Shown here piece after piece: positions 10,421-22,377 of a DNA stretch of 64,000 nucleotides. Made by a program: the position numbers and the translations under genes. Every line of letters starts with the position of its first letter. The first letter of the stretch is position 1. The notes beneath the pieces are model-generated. The model was not told where the DNA came from, searched no databases, and saw nothing but the letters and a program-made list of their open reading frames with translations. The DNA lies in NCBI GenBank assembly GCA_944381075.1, contig CALWJT010000004.1:16262-80261 (forward strand), read 5' to 3'. Source of the stretch: an uncultured Clostridia bacterium (GTDB lineage: Bacteria > Bacillota > Clostridia > Oscillospirales > CAG-272).

Positions 10421-11785
10421 TTGAATTCCTACAAGGATATCTGGAATATCGTCTTTGACGAGCTGTCAAAAAAATATACAGATGCGGTCATGGAGCTTTG
10501 GTTCAATAACTTTGAGCTTGTCTATCTCGACGATGAAAAAGCATTCATCACGACTACAAGCGACGGCTTCGTCGATCTGTTGAATAAGAAATACGCGCCG
10601 GAAATCGAAGCTATCTTTGAGAGCACGCTCAATTTCCGCGTCCATGTACGGATTTTTGCCAAATCCTCCTTTTCGCTTGAAAAGGCGCAGAGCGAATATA
10701 CGAATCCGGAGGACGCGCCGGCCGCTCCTGCTTTTTCGGACGGTGACGCGCCGAATGAGAGCGCCGCTTCCTCTTTTGTTTCCGAAAAGGATTATACCTT
10801 TGAAAATTTCATCGTCGGCAGCTCCAATAAGCTTGCCCATGCCGCCTCTGTCGCCGTCGCCAATCATCCGACGGCATACAATCCGCTTTTTCTCTACGGC
10901 GCGAGCGGACTTGGAAAAACGCACCTGATGAAAGCGATTGCAAACGAGGTCCATCGGACAAGGCCGAGCTTCAATATCATCTTTGTCAAGGGCGAGGACT
11001 TCACCAACGAGCTCGTCCGTTCCATTGAAAAAAAGACGACCTCAAAATTCAAGGACAAATACCGCAATGCCGATATGCTGCTCATCGACGATATCCAGTT
11101 CATCGCAGGAAAGGTCGCGACGCAGGAGGAATTTTTTCACACCTTCAATTCCCTGTATGACGCAGGCAAGCAGATCATTCTGACCTCCGACCGTCCCCCA
11201 AAGGATATCCAGCATCTGGAGGAGCGCATCCAGAGCCGCTTTGAAGGCGGTCTCATCGTGGATATCCAGCCGCCGGACACGGAGCTGCGCATCGCCATTC
11301 TGAAGCGAAAAGCGCAGATCATGAACGTCAAGCTTTCCGACGACGTTCTCACCTTCCTCGGCGAGAATGTCAAGAGCAATATCCGCCAGCTGGAGGGCGT
11401 CATCAAAAAGCTCGGCGCCTACAGCTTTGTCAACGGTTCCACCATCACGGTAGACATTGCAAGAAGCGTCCTCTCCGGCGTGATCTCCGGAACAGTGCCG
11501 CCGGCACTTGTCGCCGAACAGATCATCGAGAGCATATCGAAACGCTACAACATCTCCGTCGAGGACATCAAAGGCAAAAAAAGAACCAATGAGATCGCGC
11601 TCCCGCGCCATATCGCCATTTATGTCATTCGGCGCGTCACCAATATTTCGCTTCAGAATACAGCGAAAATCTTCGGCAGGGACCATACGACGATCCTTGC
11701 CTCCGTCGATGTTATCAAAAACAAAATGGCGGAGGACAGCTCCTTCGAGTACGAAATCAACAGCATCTGCAATGAGTTCATGTGA
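10421..11785 (+). CDS. dnaA: Chromosomal replication initiator DnaA
   Basis: 454 aa with a TTG start after AGAGGGAG. Walker A GASGLGKTHL, AAA+ motifs and a C-terminal DnaA-box-binding domain. Confidence 0.97.
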   Translation: MNSYKDIWNIVFDELSKKYTDAVMELWFNNFELVYLDDEKAFITTTSDGFVDLLNKKYAPEIEAIFESTLNFRVHVRIFAKSSFSLEKAQSEYTNPEDAPAAPAFSDGDAPNESAASSFVSEKDYTFENFIVGSSNKLAHAASVAVANHPTAYNPLFLYGASGLGKTHLMKAIANEVHRTRPSFNIIFVKGEDFTNELVRSIEKKTTSKFKDKYRNADMLLIDDIQFIAGKVATQEEFFHTFNSLYDAGKQIILTSDRPPKDIQHLEERIQSRFEGGLIVDIQPPDTELRIAILKRKAQIMNVKLSDDVLTFLGENVKSNIRQLEGVIKKLGAYSFVNGSTITVDIARSVLSGVISGTVPPALVAEQIIESISKRYNISVEDIKGKKRTNEIALPRHIAIYVIRRVTNISLQNTAKIFGRDHTTILASVDVIKNKMAEDSSFEYEINSICNEFM

Positions 11786-12339
11786 AAAATGGAAAAACCG
11801 CAGGGACGTTTCCCATGTGGACATTTCTTTTTCCACAGTCTGTGGAAAAGCCTGTTGAAAATTCGATGTGCTTTCATTTTTTTGCCTTTTTTCTTTGTTG
11901 AAAAAAAGATTATTTTTCAACAAAGCCCTTCTTTTTAAGAAATAATTTCTCCCTGTTCGCTCTGCAATATCTTCAAATTTTCTGGCAGATTTGGAAATCA
12001 AAGCCCATCGATTTCTTTTCCCAATTTTTTCTCCACAATTTCTTCTTTTCCACCTGTGTTTTTTTCAGATTTTTCACAGCCGCATTCTTTCTCTGATATT
12101 TTCCCCCTCCTCATTTTTTTCGTCCACATAGATTCCCAGCATTTTTTCACCTTCCGCTGGATGGAGATCCGATAGAGATATCCTTACTTTTTATTCTTTT
12201 TCAGATTTCCGACATGGTCTAATACGAAAACTACAACGTTTATTTTTATCTTTTCTTTTTTCATCCCGAACAAAAAGAACCATTTCAAAAAACCCGGCGG
12301 CTATGCTGTCCGCTATACTGAAAGACAGGAGAACAAATC
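11786..12339. other. oriC candidate: DnaA-box cluster in the dnaA-dnaN spacer
   Basis: 9-mers within 1-2 mismatches of TTATCCACA at 11815-11823 (rc), 11829-11837, 11841-11849 (rc), 12029-12037, 12046-12054 and 12120-12128, followed by a T/A-rich stretch at 12185-12275. Confidence 0.7.
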
Positions 12340-13515
12340 ATGAAGGTCACATTCAAAAAAGACGAGCTTCTGCTCGCAATCACAAAATCTCTTGGCTGCG
12401 TTTCCACAGAAAAGACGATCAACGCCATCGAAGGGATCCTGATCACAACCATCGGCGAGGACAAGTGCCAGCTCTGCGCGTATGATCTGGAAAAGGGGAT
12501 CAAGATCCTGATCGGGGCAAACGTACAAAGCGGAGGCTCTGCCGTAATGAATGGGAACAAGCTTTCCAGCATCGTCAAGTATATGCCGGGAGAGGTTACC
12601 ATCGAGACGGCAGAGGAAGAGGGGAGTCTTGCGACCATTTCGAGCGGACGAACGAAGTTCCAGCTGCACTACTTGGCGGGAGATACCTTTCCGCAGATGC
12701 CGGAGCTCAATCCTGACAGACGCTTTTCGATGCCGCAGAAGCTTTTGAAAAAGCTGATCAATCAAACGCTTTTTGCCGTAGCGGAGGATGAGACGCGCCC
12801 GGCTTTGATGGGGCTTTACTTCGAGATCTCAGAGGATAGCGTGATCGTCGTCGGCTGCGACAGCTATCAGCTCGCCGTCCGAAATGCGAAGCTGAAAACG
12901 GACATCGTCACAAAGGGAGGAGAAACAGAGATCAGTTTTCTGATTCCGGGCAAGACGGTAGCGGAGCTTGCGAGACTTTTGGAGGATAAAGAGGAGCTCA
13001 TCCGGTTTTCCCTTACTCGAAAGCACGCGCTTTTCAGCTTCGGGATCAAGTGCGGCTCCGAGGAAAAGGAGGCGACGCTCTTTTCCCGACTCATCGATGT
13101 GCCGTATATCGAATATAAGCGCTTTATTCCAAAGGAAAGCAAGACTTTCGTAGAGATCGACCGAAATGCGCTTGAGGATTCATTGGAGCGCGCCGCTGTC
13201 GTCACAGAGGAAAGGATCGCCGGTCAGGCAAAAAGCAACGTCAGATTCCAGTTCGGGGAATCGGTGCTTGGCGTGAGCGTGGTCTCAGTATCCGGAAATT
13301 TCTTTGATGAAATCAACATTGACAAAACGGGCGATGACCTTGAGATTTATTTTCCCTGCAAATATTTGATCGAGATCCTGCGCGCGACCGATGATGACGT
13401 CCTAAAGCTGTCCTTGACATCTTCTTATATGAGTATGATCATTGAAGGCGCGACACCGACGGGGGATGGTTCGAGCTTCCTTTATCTTGCGCTTCCCGTC
13501 AAAATGAGAGATTAA
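12340..13515 (+). CDS. dnaN: DNA polymerase III beta sliding clamp
   Basis: 391 aa. Position after dnaA and a MKVTFKKDELL...GILI start typical of DnaN. Confidence 0.95.
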   Translation: MKVTFKKDELLLAITKSLGCVSTEKTINAIEGILITTIGEDKCQLCAYDLEKGIKILIGANVQSGGSAVMNGNKLSSIVKYMPGEVTIETAEEEGSLATISSGRTKFQLHYLAGDTFPQMPELNPDRRFSMPQKLLKKLINQTLFAVAEDETRPALMGLYFEISEDSVIVVGCDSYQLAVRNAKLKTDIVTKGGETEISFLIPGKTVAELARLLEDKEELIRFSLTRKHALFSFGIKCGSEEKEATLFSRLIDVPYIEYKRFIPKESKTFVEIDRNALEDSLERAAVVTEERIAGQAKSNVRFQFGESVLGVSVVSVSGNFFDEINIDKTGDDLEIYFPCKYLIEILRATDDDVLKLSLTSSYMSMIIEGATPTGDGSSFLYLALPVKMRD

Positions 13516-13517
13516 AC

Positions 13518-14636
13518 ATGTATCTCGACTGCGCTGTATTTGAAAACTATCGGAATATTGTGCATTTTCCCTTTTCGTTTGATCCGGGGATCAATATACT
13601 GTATGGAAAGAATGCGCAGGGAAAGACCAATGTGATCGAAGGGATCTACTTTTTTGGAAGCGGCAAGAGCTTCCGTCATGCAAAGGAAAGGGATCTCATC
13701 CGAGAAGGGGAGAATCATTCTCAGATCAGCATCGCCTATGTCGATGCGGTAAGAGAAAATAAGATGTCGGTTCGGTTTTTTCGGGATATGTCAAAGGAAA
13801 TGTTTAAGAACGGCATCAAAATCGGAAGGACGTCGAATTTTATCGGAAACTTCAGGGCAGTGCTTTTTTGCCCTGAGCATCTCGCGATTGTCAAAAACGA
13901 CCCTTCGGAACGCAGGGCGTTTCTCGATCACGCCATTTCACAGATCGACCGTTCCTATCTTTCCGCTTTGATGGAGCATAAACGGCTTTTGGAACAGCGG
14001 AACGCACTCCTGAAAAGTGAGAATGAGACGAAGGAAAGCTTTTGGATGACGCTTGATATTTTGTCCGAAAGGCTCGCCGTCTGCGCGGCGGCGATCACAA
14101 AGATCCGGGCGGAATATCTAAAGCGCCTGTTCGACCATGCCTGCGTTCTGGTGCAGCAGATGACGGAAGGCCGGGAAAAAATCGACGTCCGCTATCTTTC
14201 TCATATCGCTGGGGATGCTATCGAAGAACTGTTCGACAAAAAAGGGAATGAAGAAAGATACCGGCGTCTCATGTATGAGAACCGAAAAAGGGAAGTGCTG
14301 GCAGGAACCACCATAGCAGGCGCGCATCGGGACGATTTTGAGATTCGCCTTCTTGGAAAGAATGCTAAGATTTTCGCCTCCCAGGGACAGCAGAGAAGCA
14401 TTGCGCTTGCCATGAAGCTTGCGGAGGGAGAGATCGCAAGAGAGGAAAGCGGAGAATATCCGGTATTTTTGCTCGATGACGTGCTCTCCGAGCTGGACGG
14501 AGAACGGAAAAAATTTGTCCTGTCTGAGCTTTCCGGACGGCAAGTCATCCTTACGACCTGCGATGAAGGGGATTTTTCGGAAATCGATGAGGCAAAAAGA
14601 ATATTCGTCGAAAACGGAACTTATTCGTACCGATAA
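13518..14636 (+). CDS. recF: DNA replication/repair protein RecF
   Basis: 372 aa. Walker A GKNAQGKTN and signature SQGQQRS. Confidence 0.93.
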   Translation: MYLDCAVFENYRNIVHFPFSFDPGINILYGKNAQGKTNVIEGIYFFGSGKSFRHAKERDLIREGENHSQISIAYVDAVRENKMSVRFFRDMSKEMFKNGIKIGRTSNFIGNFRAVLFCPEHLAIVKNDPSERRAFLDHAISQIDRSYLSALMEHKRLLEQRNALLKSENETKESFWMTLDILSERLAVCAAAITKIRAEYLKRLFDHACVLVQQMTEGREKIDVRYLSHIAGDAIEELFDKKGNEERYRRLMYENRKREVLAGTTIAGAHRDDFEIRLLGKNAKIFASQGQQRSIALAMKLAEGEIAREESGEYPVFLLDDVLSELDGERKKFVLSELSGRQVILTTCDEGDFSEIDEAKRIFVENGTYSYR

Positions 14637-14697
14637 CGGCAGAATAGCAATTTAAAAATAAAAAAAATTACAGTCAAATATCTTCCTGTGAGGTCTT

Positions 14698-14955
14698 ATG
14701 TATCTTCATATAGGGAACAACAAAAATGTCAAGCTTTCCGATATCGTCGGCATTTTTGATACAGACAGCGCGACGATATCAAAAAATACAAAAAATTATC
14801 TTTCCGGTTGTGAAAGACGGGGAGAAACTGTAAATGTGACAAGCGAGCTTCCAAAATCGTTTGTACTGGTTTCTGGAAAAGGGAAAAATACCGTCTATTT
14901 TTCACAGCTTGCAGTAAAGACCCTCTGTCAGAGAGCAGAGGAGCTGCCGTGCTGA
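14698..14955 (+). CDS. remB: DUF370 protein, RemB/YaaB-like
   Basis: 85 aa in the recF-gyrB position occupied by yaaB (remB) in B. subtilis. Motif IVGIFD...SELPKSFVL. Confidence 0.75.
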   Translation: MYLHIGNNKNVKLSDIVGIFDTDSATISKNTKNYLSGCERRGETVNVTSELPKSFVLVSGKGKNTVYFSQLAVKTLCQRAEELPC

Positions 14956-14987
14956 ACGACAGGAAGGGTTAAGAAAGGAATTTATAG

Positions 14988-16916
<1,929 letters not shown>

Positions 16917-16951
16917 GCGGTCAAATGAGAAAATGAAAGGTACAAAAATAC

Positions 16952-19486
16952 ATGGAACACAATGACATATCGTATGCAAATCAGAAAATCGTAGACGTGG
17001 AGATGGGCAAGCGCGTACAAAAATCGTTCATCGAATATGCGATGAGCGTAATCGTCGCGCGCGCACTGCCGGACGTGCGCGATGGACTGAAGCCTGTTCA
17101 CCGCAGGATCCTGTACGCGATGTATCAGGATAAATTGACCTATGACAGACCGTTCTGCAAGTCCGCTACCACTGTCGGAAATGTGCTGGGAAGATACCAT
17201 CCGCACGGGGATGCGTCCGTATACGATGCGATGGTACGGCTTGCGCAGCCGTTCAATATGCGCTATCCGCTCGTCGAGGGACACGGCAACTTCGGCAACG
17301 TCGACGGGGACGGCGCCGCCGCCTATCGTTATACGGAAGCGAGAATGTCAAGGCTCGCCAATGAAATGATGACGGATATCGACAAAAACGTCGTGGATTT
17401 CGATCCGAACTTTGACAACCGTCTGGAGGAGCCGCAGGTCCTGCCCGCTCGTTTTCCGAACCTGCTTGTCAACGGCTCGGTGGGAATCGCCGTCGGCATG
17501 GCGACCAATGTCCCGCCGCACAATCTCGGAGAGGTCATCGACGGCACGATTTACTATATGAAGCATCCCGACGCGACCGTCGCGGAGCTGATGAACTATA
17601 TCAAAGGGCCGGATTTTCCGACCTACGGCATCATTTGCGGATCGTCCGGCATCTATCAGGCATATCAGACGGGCAAAGGACGCATCATCGTGCGTGCGCG
17701 GGCCGAGGTGGATGAGGACAAGAGAAGAATCATCGTTACGGAAATCCCGTATCAAGTCAACAAGAGTATGCTTGTCGAGTCGATTGCCGAGCTTGTCAAG
17801 GATAAACGCATCGACGGCATTACGGAGATTCGCGATGAGTCCGGCAAGGCGGGCATGAAAATCGTCATCGAATACCGCAGGGATGCGAACGGGCAGGTGC
17901 TCCTCAATCAGCTCTATAAATATACACAGCTTCAGGATACCTGTGCTGTCAATATGATCGCACTGGTGGGCGGAGAACCGAAGCTGCTCGGTCTTCAGGA
18001 GATATTGAAGCATTATATTGCCCATCAGGAAAACGTCATCCGTCGCAGAACCATTTTCGATTTGGAAAAGACCCGCGCCAGAGTGCATATCCTGGAGGGC
18101 TTGAAGCTTGCGCTCGACGACATCGACGAGGTAATCGAAACGATCCGGAAAAGCGCGTCCAAGCAGGATGCGCGCGATGCGCTGGTAGCAAGGTTCGGGC
18201 TTTCCCAGATCCAGGCGCAGGCGATCGTCGATATGACGCTCGGCAGCCTTGCGGGGCTGGAACGTCTTAAAATCGAAGATGAGCTTGCTGCCAAAAAGAC
18301 GCTTATCGAGGAGCTTGAAGGAATCCTTGCCGACGAGAGCAAGCTTTTGACGATATTGGAGGAGGAGCTGCTCGCCATCAAAGAAAAATTTTCGGACGAA
18401 CGCCGCACGGAGATTTCCTCGGCGATCGACGACATCATCGACGAGGACCTGATCGACCGGCACGAATGCGTCATCACAATGACGCACGCGGGCTACATCA
18501 AGCGCGCGCCGGCCGCCACCTATTCCGCGCAGAAGCGCGGCGGAAAGGGAATCATCGGCATGTCCACAAAGGAGGAGGATTTTGTCGAAGACGTCATTAT
18601 CGTCAATTCCCACAGCTACCTGCTGCTGTTCACCAATACCGGCAGGGTCTATATGAAAAAGGCCTATCAGATTCCCGAAGCGTCAAGGACGGCGAAAGGA
18701 ACCAATATCGTGAACGTCATCGATATGGGCGAAGGGGAGAAAATCACCTCCATCATATCGGTTGCGGGCTTTGAAGACAATGAATATTTCATCATGGTGA
18801 CGAAATACGGCGTCGTCAAGCGCGCAAATATCAAGGATTTCGAATACCAGAGGAAGGGCGGAAAGATCGCCATCCATCTTGACGAGGGAGATGAGCTGGT
18901 ATTCGTGAAGCATACGACGGGAGACAACGATGTGATCCTTGCGACGCGGGAGGGAAAAGCGGTCCGCTTTAAGGAAACAGAGGCCCGCGTCATGGGCCGC
19001 GCTGCGCGCGGCGTGCGCGGGATCCGGCTGCGCGGAGACGATACGGTCGTCGGTGCGGCGATCGTGGAGGAAGGAAAAACGCTCATCACGCTGACGGAAA
19101 AGGGATACGGCAAGCGCAACGGCTTCGACGGATATACGGCGCACAGCCGCGGAACGATGGGCATCCTCTGCCAGAAGATTACGGATAAGACCGGTCCGCT
19201 TGCCGGGATCGCCTCCGTTGGAGATCACGATGACATCATGATCATTACCAACGACGGCACGATGATCCGCACGCCGGTTTCGGGAATCCCCGTTTATGAA
19301 GGAAACAATACGGCGGGCGTTATCATCATGCGTCTTTCGGCGGATGCCCGCATCATCAGCTTTGCCGCCGTAAAATCTGAGGAGGAAGAAGAAGCGGAGC
19401 TTGCGGCAGCTGTGGAAAAGTCGGATGCGGAAATGGAAGAATCGGCCGCAAGGGAAACGCCTGCGCCGGATGACGACGATATTTGA
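16952..19486 (+). CDS. gyrA: DNA gyrase subunit A
   Basis: 844 aa. Active-site region [28 protein letters not shown], and an acidic C-terminal tail. Confidence 0.97.
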   Translation: MEHNDISYANQKIVDVEMGKRVQKSFIEYAMSVIVARALPDVRDGLKPVHRRILYAMYQDKLTYDRPFCKSATTVGNVLGRYHPHGDASVYDAMVRLAQPFNMRYPLVEGHGNFGNVDGDGAAAYRYTEARMSRLANEMMTDIDKNVVDFDPNFDNRLEEPQVLPARFPNLLVNGSVGIAVGMATNVPPHNLGEVIDGTIYYMKHPDATVAELMNYIKGPDFPTYGIICGSSGIYQAYQTGKGRIIVRARAEVDEDKRRIIVTEIPYQVNKSMLVESIAELVKDKRIDGITEIRDESGKAGMKIVIEYRRDANGQVLLNQLYKYTQLQDTCAVNMIALVGGEPKLLGLQEILKHYIAHQENVIRRRTIFDLEKTRARVHILEGLKLALDDIDEVIETIRKSASKQDARDALVARFGLSQIQAQAIVDMTLGSLAGLERLKIEDELAAKKTLIEELEGILADESKLLTILEEELLAIKEKFSDERRTEISSAIDDIIDEDLIDRHECVITMTHAGYIKRAPAATYSAQKRGGKGIIGMSTKEEDFVEDVIIVNSHSYLLLFTNTGRVYMKKAYQIPEASRTAKGTNIVNVIDMGEGEKITSIISVAGFEDNEYFIMVTKYGVVKRANIKDFEYQRKGGKIAIHLDEGDELVFVKHTTGDNDVILATREGKAVRFKETEARVMGRAARGVRGIRLRGDDTVVGAAIVEEGKTLITLTEKGYGKRNGFDGYTAHSRGTMGILCQKITDKTGPLAGIASVGDHDDIMIITNDGTMIRTPVSGIPVYEGNNTAGVIIMRLSADARIISFAAVKSEEEEEAELAAAVEKSDAEMEESAARETPAPDDDDI

Positions 19487-19521
19487 GAGAGGAAAGAAAA
19501 AAGAAAGGGTGGAAACGGTTT

Positions 19522-20649
19522 ATGGCGGATAAGAAAAAGAAAGGCGCAGTGATCGCTCCGATCTCCGCGGAGGAAAAGAAAAAGGCGCTTGCGACCGCGC
19601 TTTCCCAAATTGAAAAGGATTTCGGCAAGGGCACGATCATGAAGCTCGGCGAAAACGCGCATATGAACGTTGAAGCGATCCCGACGGGGTCGCTGACGCT
19701 CGACCTTGCGCTCGGCATCGGCGGAGTACCGCGCGGCAGGATCGTAGAGATCTTCGGGCCGGAATCCTCAGGCAAGACGACAGTGGCGCTGCATATCGCG
19801 GCGGAGGTTCAGAAGATGGGGGGCGAAGCGGCGTTCATCGACGCGGAGCACGCGCTGGATCCGGTCTATGCGAAGGCGCTGGGCGTCAACATCGATGATC
19901 TGCTCGTTTCTCAGCCGGACAGCGGAGAGCAGGCGCTGGAGATCACCGACGCGCTCGTCCGGTCGGGCGCGATCGACGTCGTTGTGGTGGACTCGGTAGC
20001 GGCGCTCGTCCCGCAGCAGGAAATCGACGGAGAGATGGGCTCAAGTCACGTCGGCCTCCAGGCAAGGCTGATGAGCCAGGCGCTGCGTAAGCTTTCTGGT
20101 TCGATTGCCAAGACGAACTGCGTTGTCATTTTCATCAATCAGCTCCGTGAAAAGGTCGGCGTGATGTACGGAAATCCTGAGACGACGCCGGGCGGCCGCG
20201 CGCTGAAATTCTATGCGTCGGTACGTATCGATGTCCGCAAGGTGGAAAACCTCAAGCAGGGCGACGAGGTGTACGGGAACCGTGTCAAATGCAAGGTCGT
20301 CAAAAACAAGGTGGCCCCGCCGTTCCGCGTAGCGGAATTCGACATCCTTTATGGAAAGGGCATATCCAAGGCGGGAGAGATCGTAGATATCGCGATGGAA
20401 CTGGGACTTGTCCAAAAAAGCGGCTCATGGTTTTCCTACAATGGGGAACGGCTTGCCCAGGGGAAAGACAATGCGAGAAAAGCGATTGCATCGAATCCGG
20501 AGCTGATGAAGGAGCTGGAGGAGAAGATCAAGTCCAAGGGCGACGAGATCGACCTTGGCGCGGGAGAAGCGTATTCTCTCGAGGAGGACGACGAGGGAGA
20601 GGGCGACGATTTCGACATCCACCTCATCGACATCGACGGGGAAGACTGA
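19522..20649 (+). CDS. recA: Recombinase RecA
   Basis: ORF opens at 19483; ATG at 19522 gives [10 protein letters not shown]...[12 protein letters not shown]. Walker [10 protein letters not shown]. Long acidic C-terminus. Confidence 0.97.
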   Translation: MADKKKKGAVIAPISAEEKKKALATALSQIEKDFGKGTIMKLGENAHMNVEAIPTGSLTLDLALGIGGVPRGRIVEIFGPESSGKTTVALHIAAEVQKMGGEAAFIDAEHALDPVYAKALGVNIDDLLVSQPDSGEQALEITDALVRSGAIDVVVVDSVAALVPQQEIDGEMGSSHVGLQARLMSQALRKLSGSIAKTNCVVIFINQLREKVGVMYGNPETTPGGRALKFYASVRIDVRKVENLKQGDEVYGNRVKCKVVKNKVAPPFRVAEFDILYGKGISKAGEIVDIAMELGLVQKSGSWFSYNGERLAQGKDNARKAIASNPELMKELEEKIKSKGDEIDLGAGEAYSLEEDDEGEGDDFDIHLIDIDGED

Positions 20650-20651
20650 AA

Positions 20652-21299
20652 TTGACGGTCTCGATTCTTTCCATACGCGCCGCAGCGGGCGGCGCTGTGG
20701 TGGAAATCCGTATGGAGATTGCGGACGGGGAAAACGTGCAGCACATAAAAGGAACGGTCCTTGCCTCTCTGTTTTCCGAAACGGGACTTCCTCGGGAGGT
20801 GACGTCGCCGCTTTCCATTGACAGAGAGAGGTGCGATGCGATCCTTTTTTACATAGAGGAGACGGCGGCGATCCAGAAAGGTCTTGCCTTTTTGGATTAT
20901 GCGGGCTGTACGGCAAGGCGGCTCGAGCGAAAGCTTGCGGCAAAGGGCTTTTCCCGCGAGGCGGCGCAGGCTGCCGCAGAATACCTTTGCGTACACGGCT
21001 TTATAAACGAAAAGCAGGACGCGCAAATGCTTGCCGAAACGCTGGCACAGCGAAAGTGCTATGGCAAAAAGCGCATCCAAAAGGAGCTTTTTGCCAAGGG
21101 CTTTGACGCAGATGTCATCCGCGAGACTCTGGAATCGCTCGATGTGGACTATAGTGAGCTTTGTGTGCGGCGAATCGCTTCGATGGGCGGTCGCGCGTGC
21201 TTTGAGGAGCGTGCGGCAAAGCAAAAGGCGATAGCCGCGCTGATACGGTATGGATTTTCCTATGACGATATCCGGGAAGCGATGCGAAAGCTATCCTAA
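20652..21299 (+). CDS. recX: RecA regulator RecX
   Basis: Open frame from 20289 overlaps recA. Plausible starts are TTG 20652 (3 nt after the recA stop) or ATG 20712. Three-helix-repeat pattern (RLERKLAAKGFS..., IQKELFAKGFD..., ALIRYGFS). Confidence 0.8.
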   Translation: MTVSILSIRAAAGGAVVEIRMEIADGENVQHIKGTVLASLFSETGLPREVTSPLSIDRERCDAILFYIEETAAIQKGLAFLDYAGCTARRLERKLAAKGFSREAAQAAAEYLCVHGFINEKQDAQMLAETLAQRKCYGKKRIQKELFAKGFDADVIRETLESLDVDYSELCVRRIASMGGRACFEERAAKQKAIAALIRYGFSYDDIREAMRKLS

Positions 21300-21340
21300 A
21301 AAGCGGAAGGAATTGCATTACGAGCAAAAAATAGAGAGAA

Positions 21341-22093
21341 ATGAAGCAGCAAAAGAAAAATGATTATGGACGCCTTTGCACGGAGATGTATGAGATCCTG
21401 CATCGGGAGGCACCGCAGGATGAGCTTGATTTTTATCTTTCCTATGCAAAAAAGGGAGAAAAAATCTTGGAGCCCCTTTGCGGAAGCGGACGGTTCTTGG
21501 TCCCCTTTATGAAAAGGGGCTTTGATATCAGCGGATTCGATTCGTCCTGTGAAATGCTGGAGAAGCTGAAACAGAAGGAACCGGCTGCGAAGGTCGTTCT
21601 GACCGATATCAAGGCCTATGCTCCGGCTGAAAAATTCGATTATATCTTTATTTCCTCCGGATCGGTCTCTCTTTTTACGGATATCGATTTGTGCAAGTCG
21701 ATTTTGCAGGCGATAAGAGGGCTTTTGAAGCCGGGCGGGAAATTTGTTTTTGCGGTCGATACGGTTTTTGACCGATGCGCGGAGGAAAGTCAATATGAAA
21801 CGGCGGTTTCCGTCAAGACGGAAGAGGGCTTTGACTTAGTTTTGAAGCACAAAAATCACTATGACGAGAAAAGCCAAACGCAGTTTTCGCCGAGCGTATA
21901 TGAACTGTATAATGGCGCGGCGCTTCTGCAAAGCGAAACGATGGACTTTCAAACGCATCTTTACCGGTTCGGGGAAATGGAAGGATATTTGGCGGAAATC
22001 GGCTTTACGGCGGTAACGACATATGCGTCGTATTCAAAAAAGCTCGCGGTCGATGACAACTGTGACATGTTCTTGTTTGAATGTGAAGGATAG
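21341..22093 (+). CDS. Class I SAM-dependent methyltransferase
   Basis: 250 aa. Motif I ILEPLCGSGRF and motif II-like DYIFIS. Confidence 0.75.
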   Translation: MKQQKKNDYGRLCTEMYEILHREAPQDELDFYLSYAKKGEKILEPLCGSGRFLVPFMKRGFDISGFDSSCEMLEKLKQKEPAAKVVLTDIKAYAPAEKFDYIFISSGSVSLFTDIDLCKSILQAIRGLLKPGGKFVFAVDTVFDRCAEESQYETAVSVKTEEGFDLVLKHKNHYDEKSQTQFSPSVYELYNGAALLQSETMDFQTHLYRFGEMEGYLAEIGFTAVTTYASYSKKLAVDDNCDMFLFECEG

Positions 22094-22290
22094 GCGGATC
22101 CGCAGGGAGATGCTCTGTTCTCGACCGTTTTTCCACTATCCGAACCCACCATGCGGAAAAAATGCCGATCTTATCGTTGTCCGATCGCTGGCAAGAGCCG
22201 GCATATAAAAAAGCTGAGCAAGACCGCGCCGCCGTTTGATGGCTGTGCCCTCTTTGGCTGGGGGAGACCCTAACTGTGGCTTTCTGATAA
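22092..22290 (+). repeat. Copy D (5'-truncated) of a dispersed non-coding element family
   Basis: Colinear word matches to copy A: CGTTTTTCCA, GGAAAAAATGCCGATCTT (22155-22172), CTGGCAAGAGCC (22188-22199), GCTGAGCAAGACCGCG (22213-22228), GAGACCCT. Starts at the stop codon of the methyltransferase gene. Confidence 0.5.
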
Positions 22291-22377
22291 GAGCTTATGA
22301 AGCTTATTTTTGAACGATTCCGTCCTTGAGCGGGATTGCGGGATTTATTTCTTTTATTTTATGGGAGGAGGATTGTC

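Noticed and set aside
11829-11849. TTTTCCACAGTCTGTGGAAAA read as the dnaA transcription terminator
   Set aside because: The loop would be only 1-3 nt and no T-run follows. Both arms are one-mismatch DnaA boxes, so a protein-binding palindrome is the better reading. An AT-rich hairpin at 11893-11925 is a more plausible, though weak, terminator.
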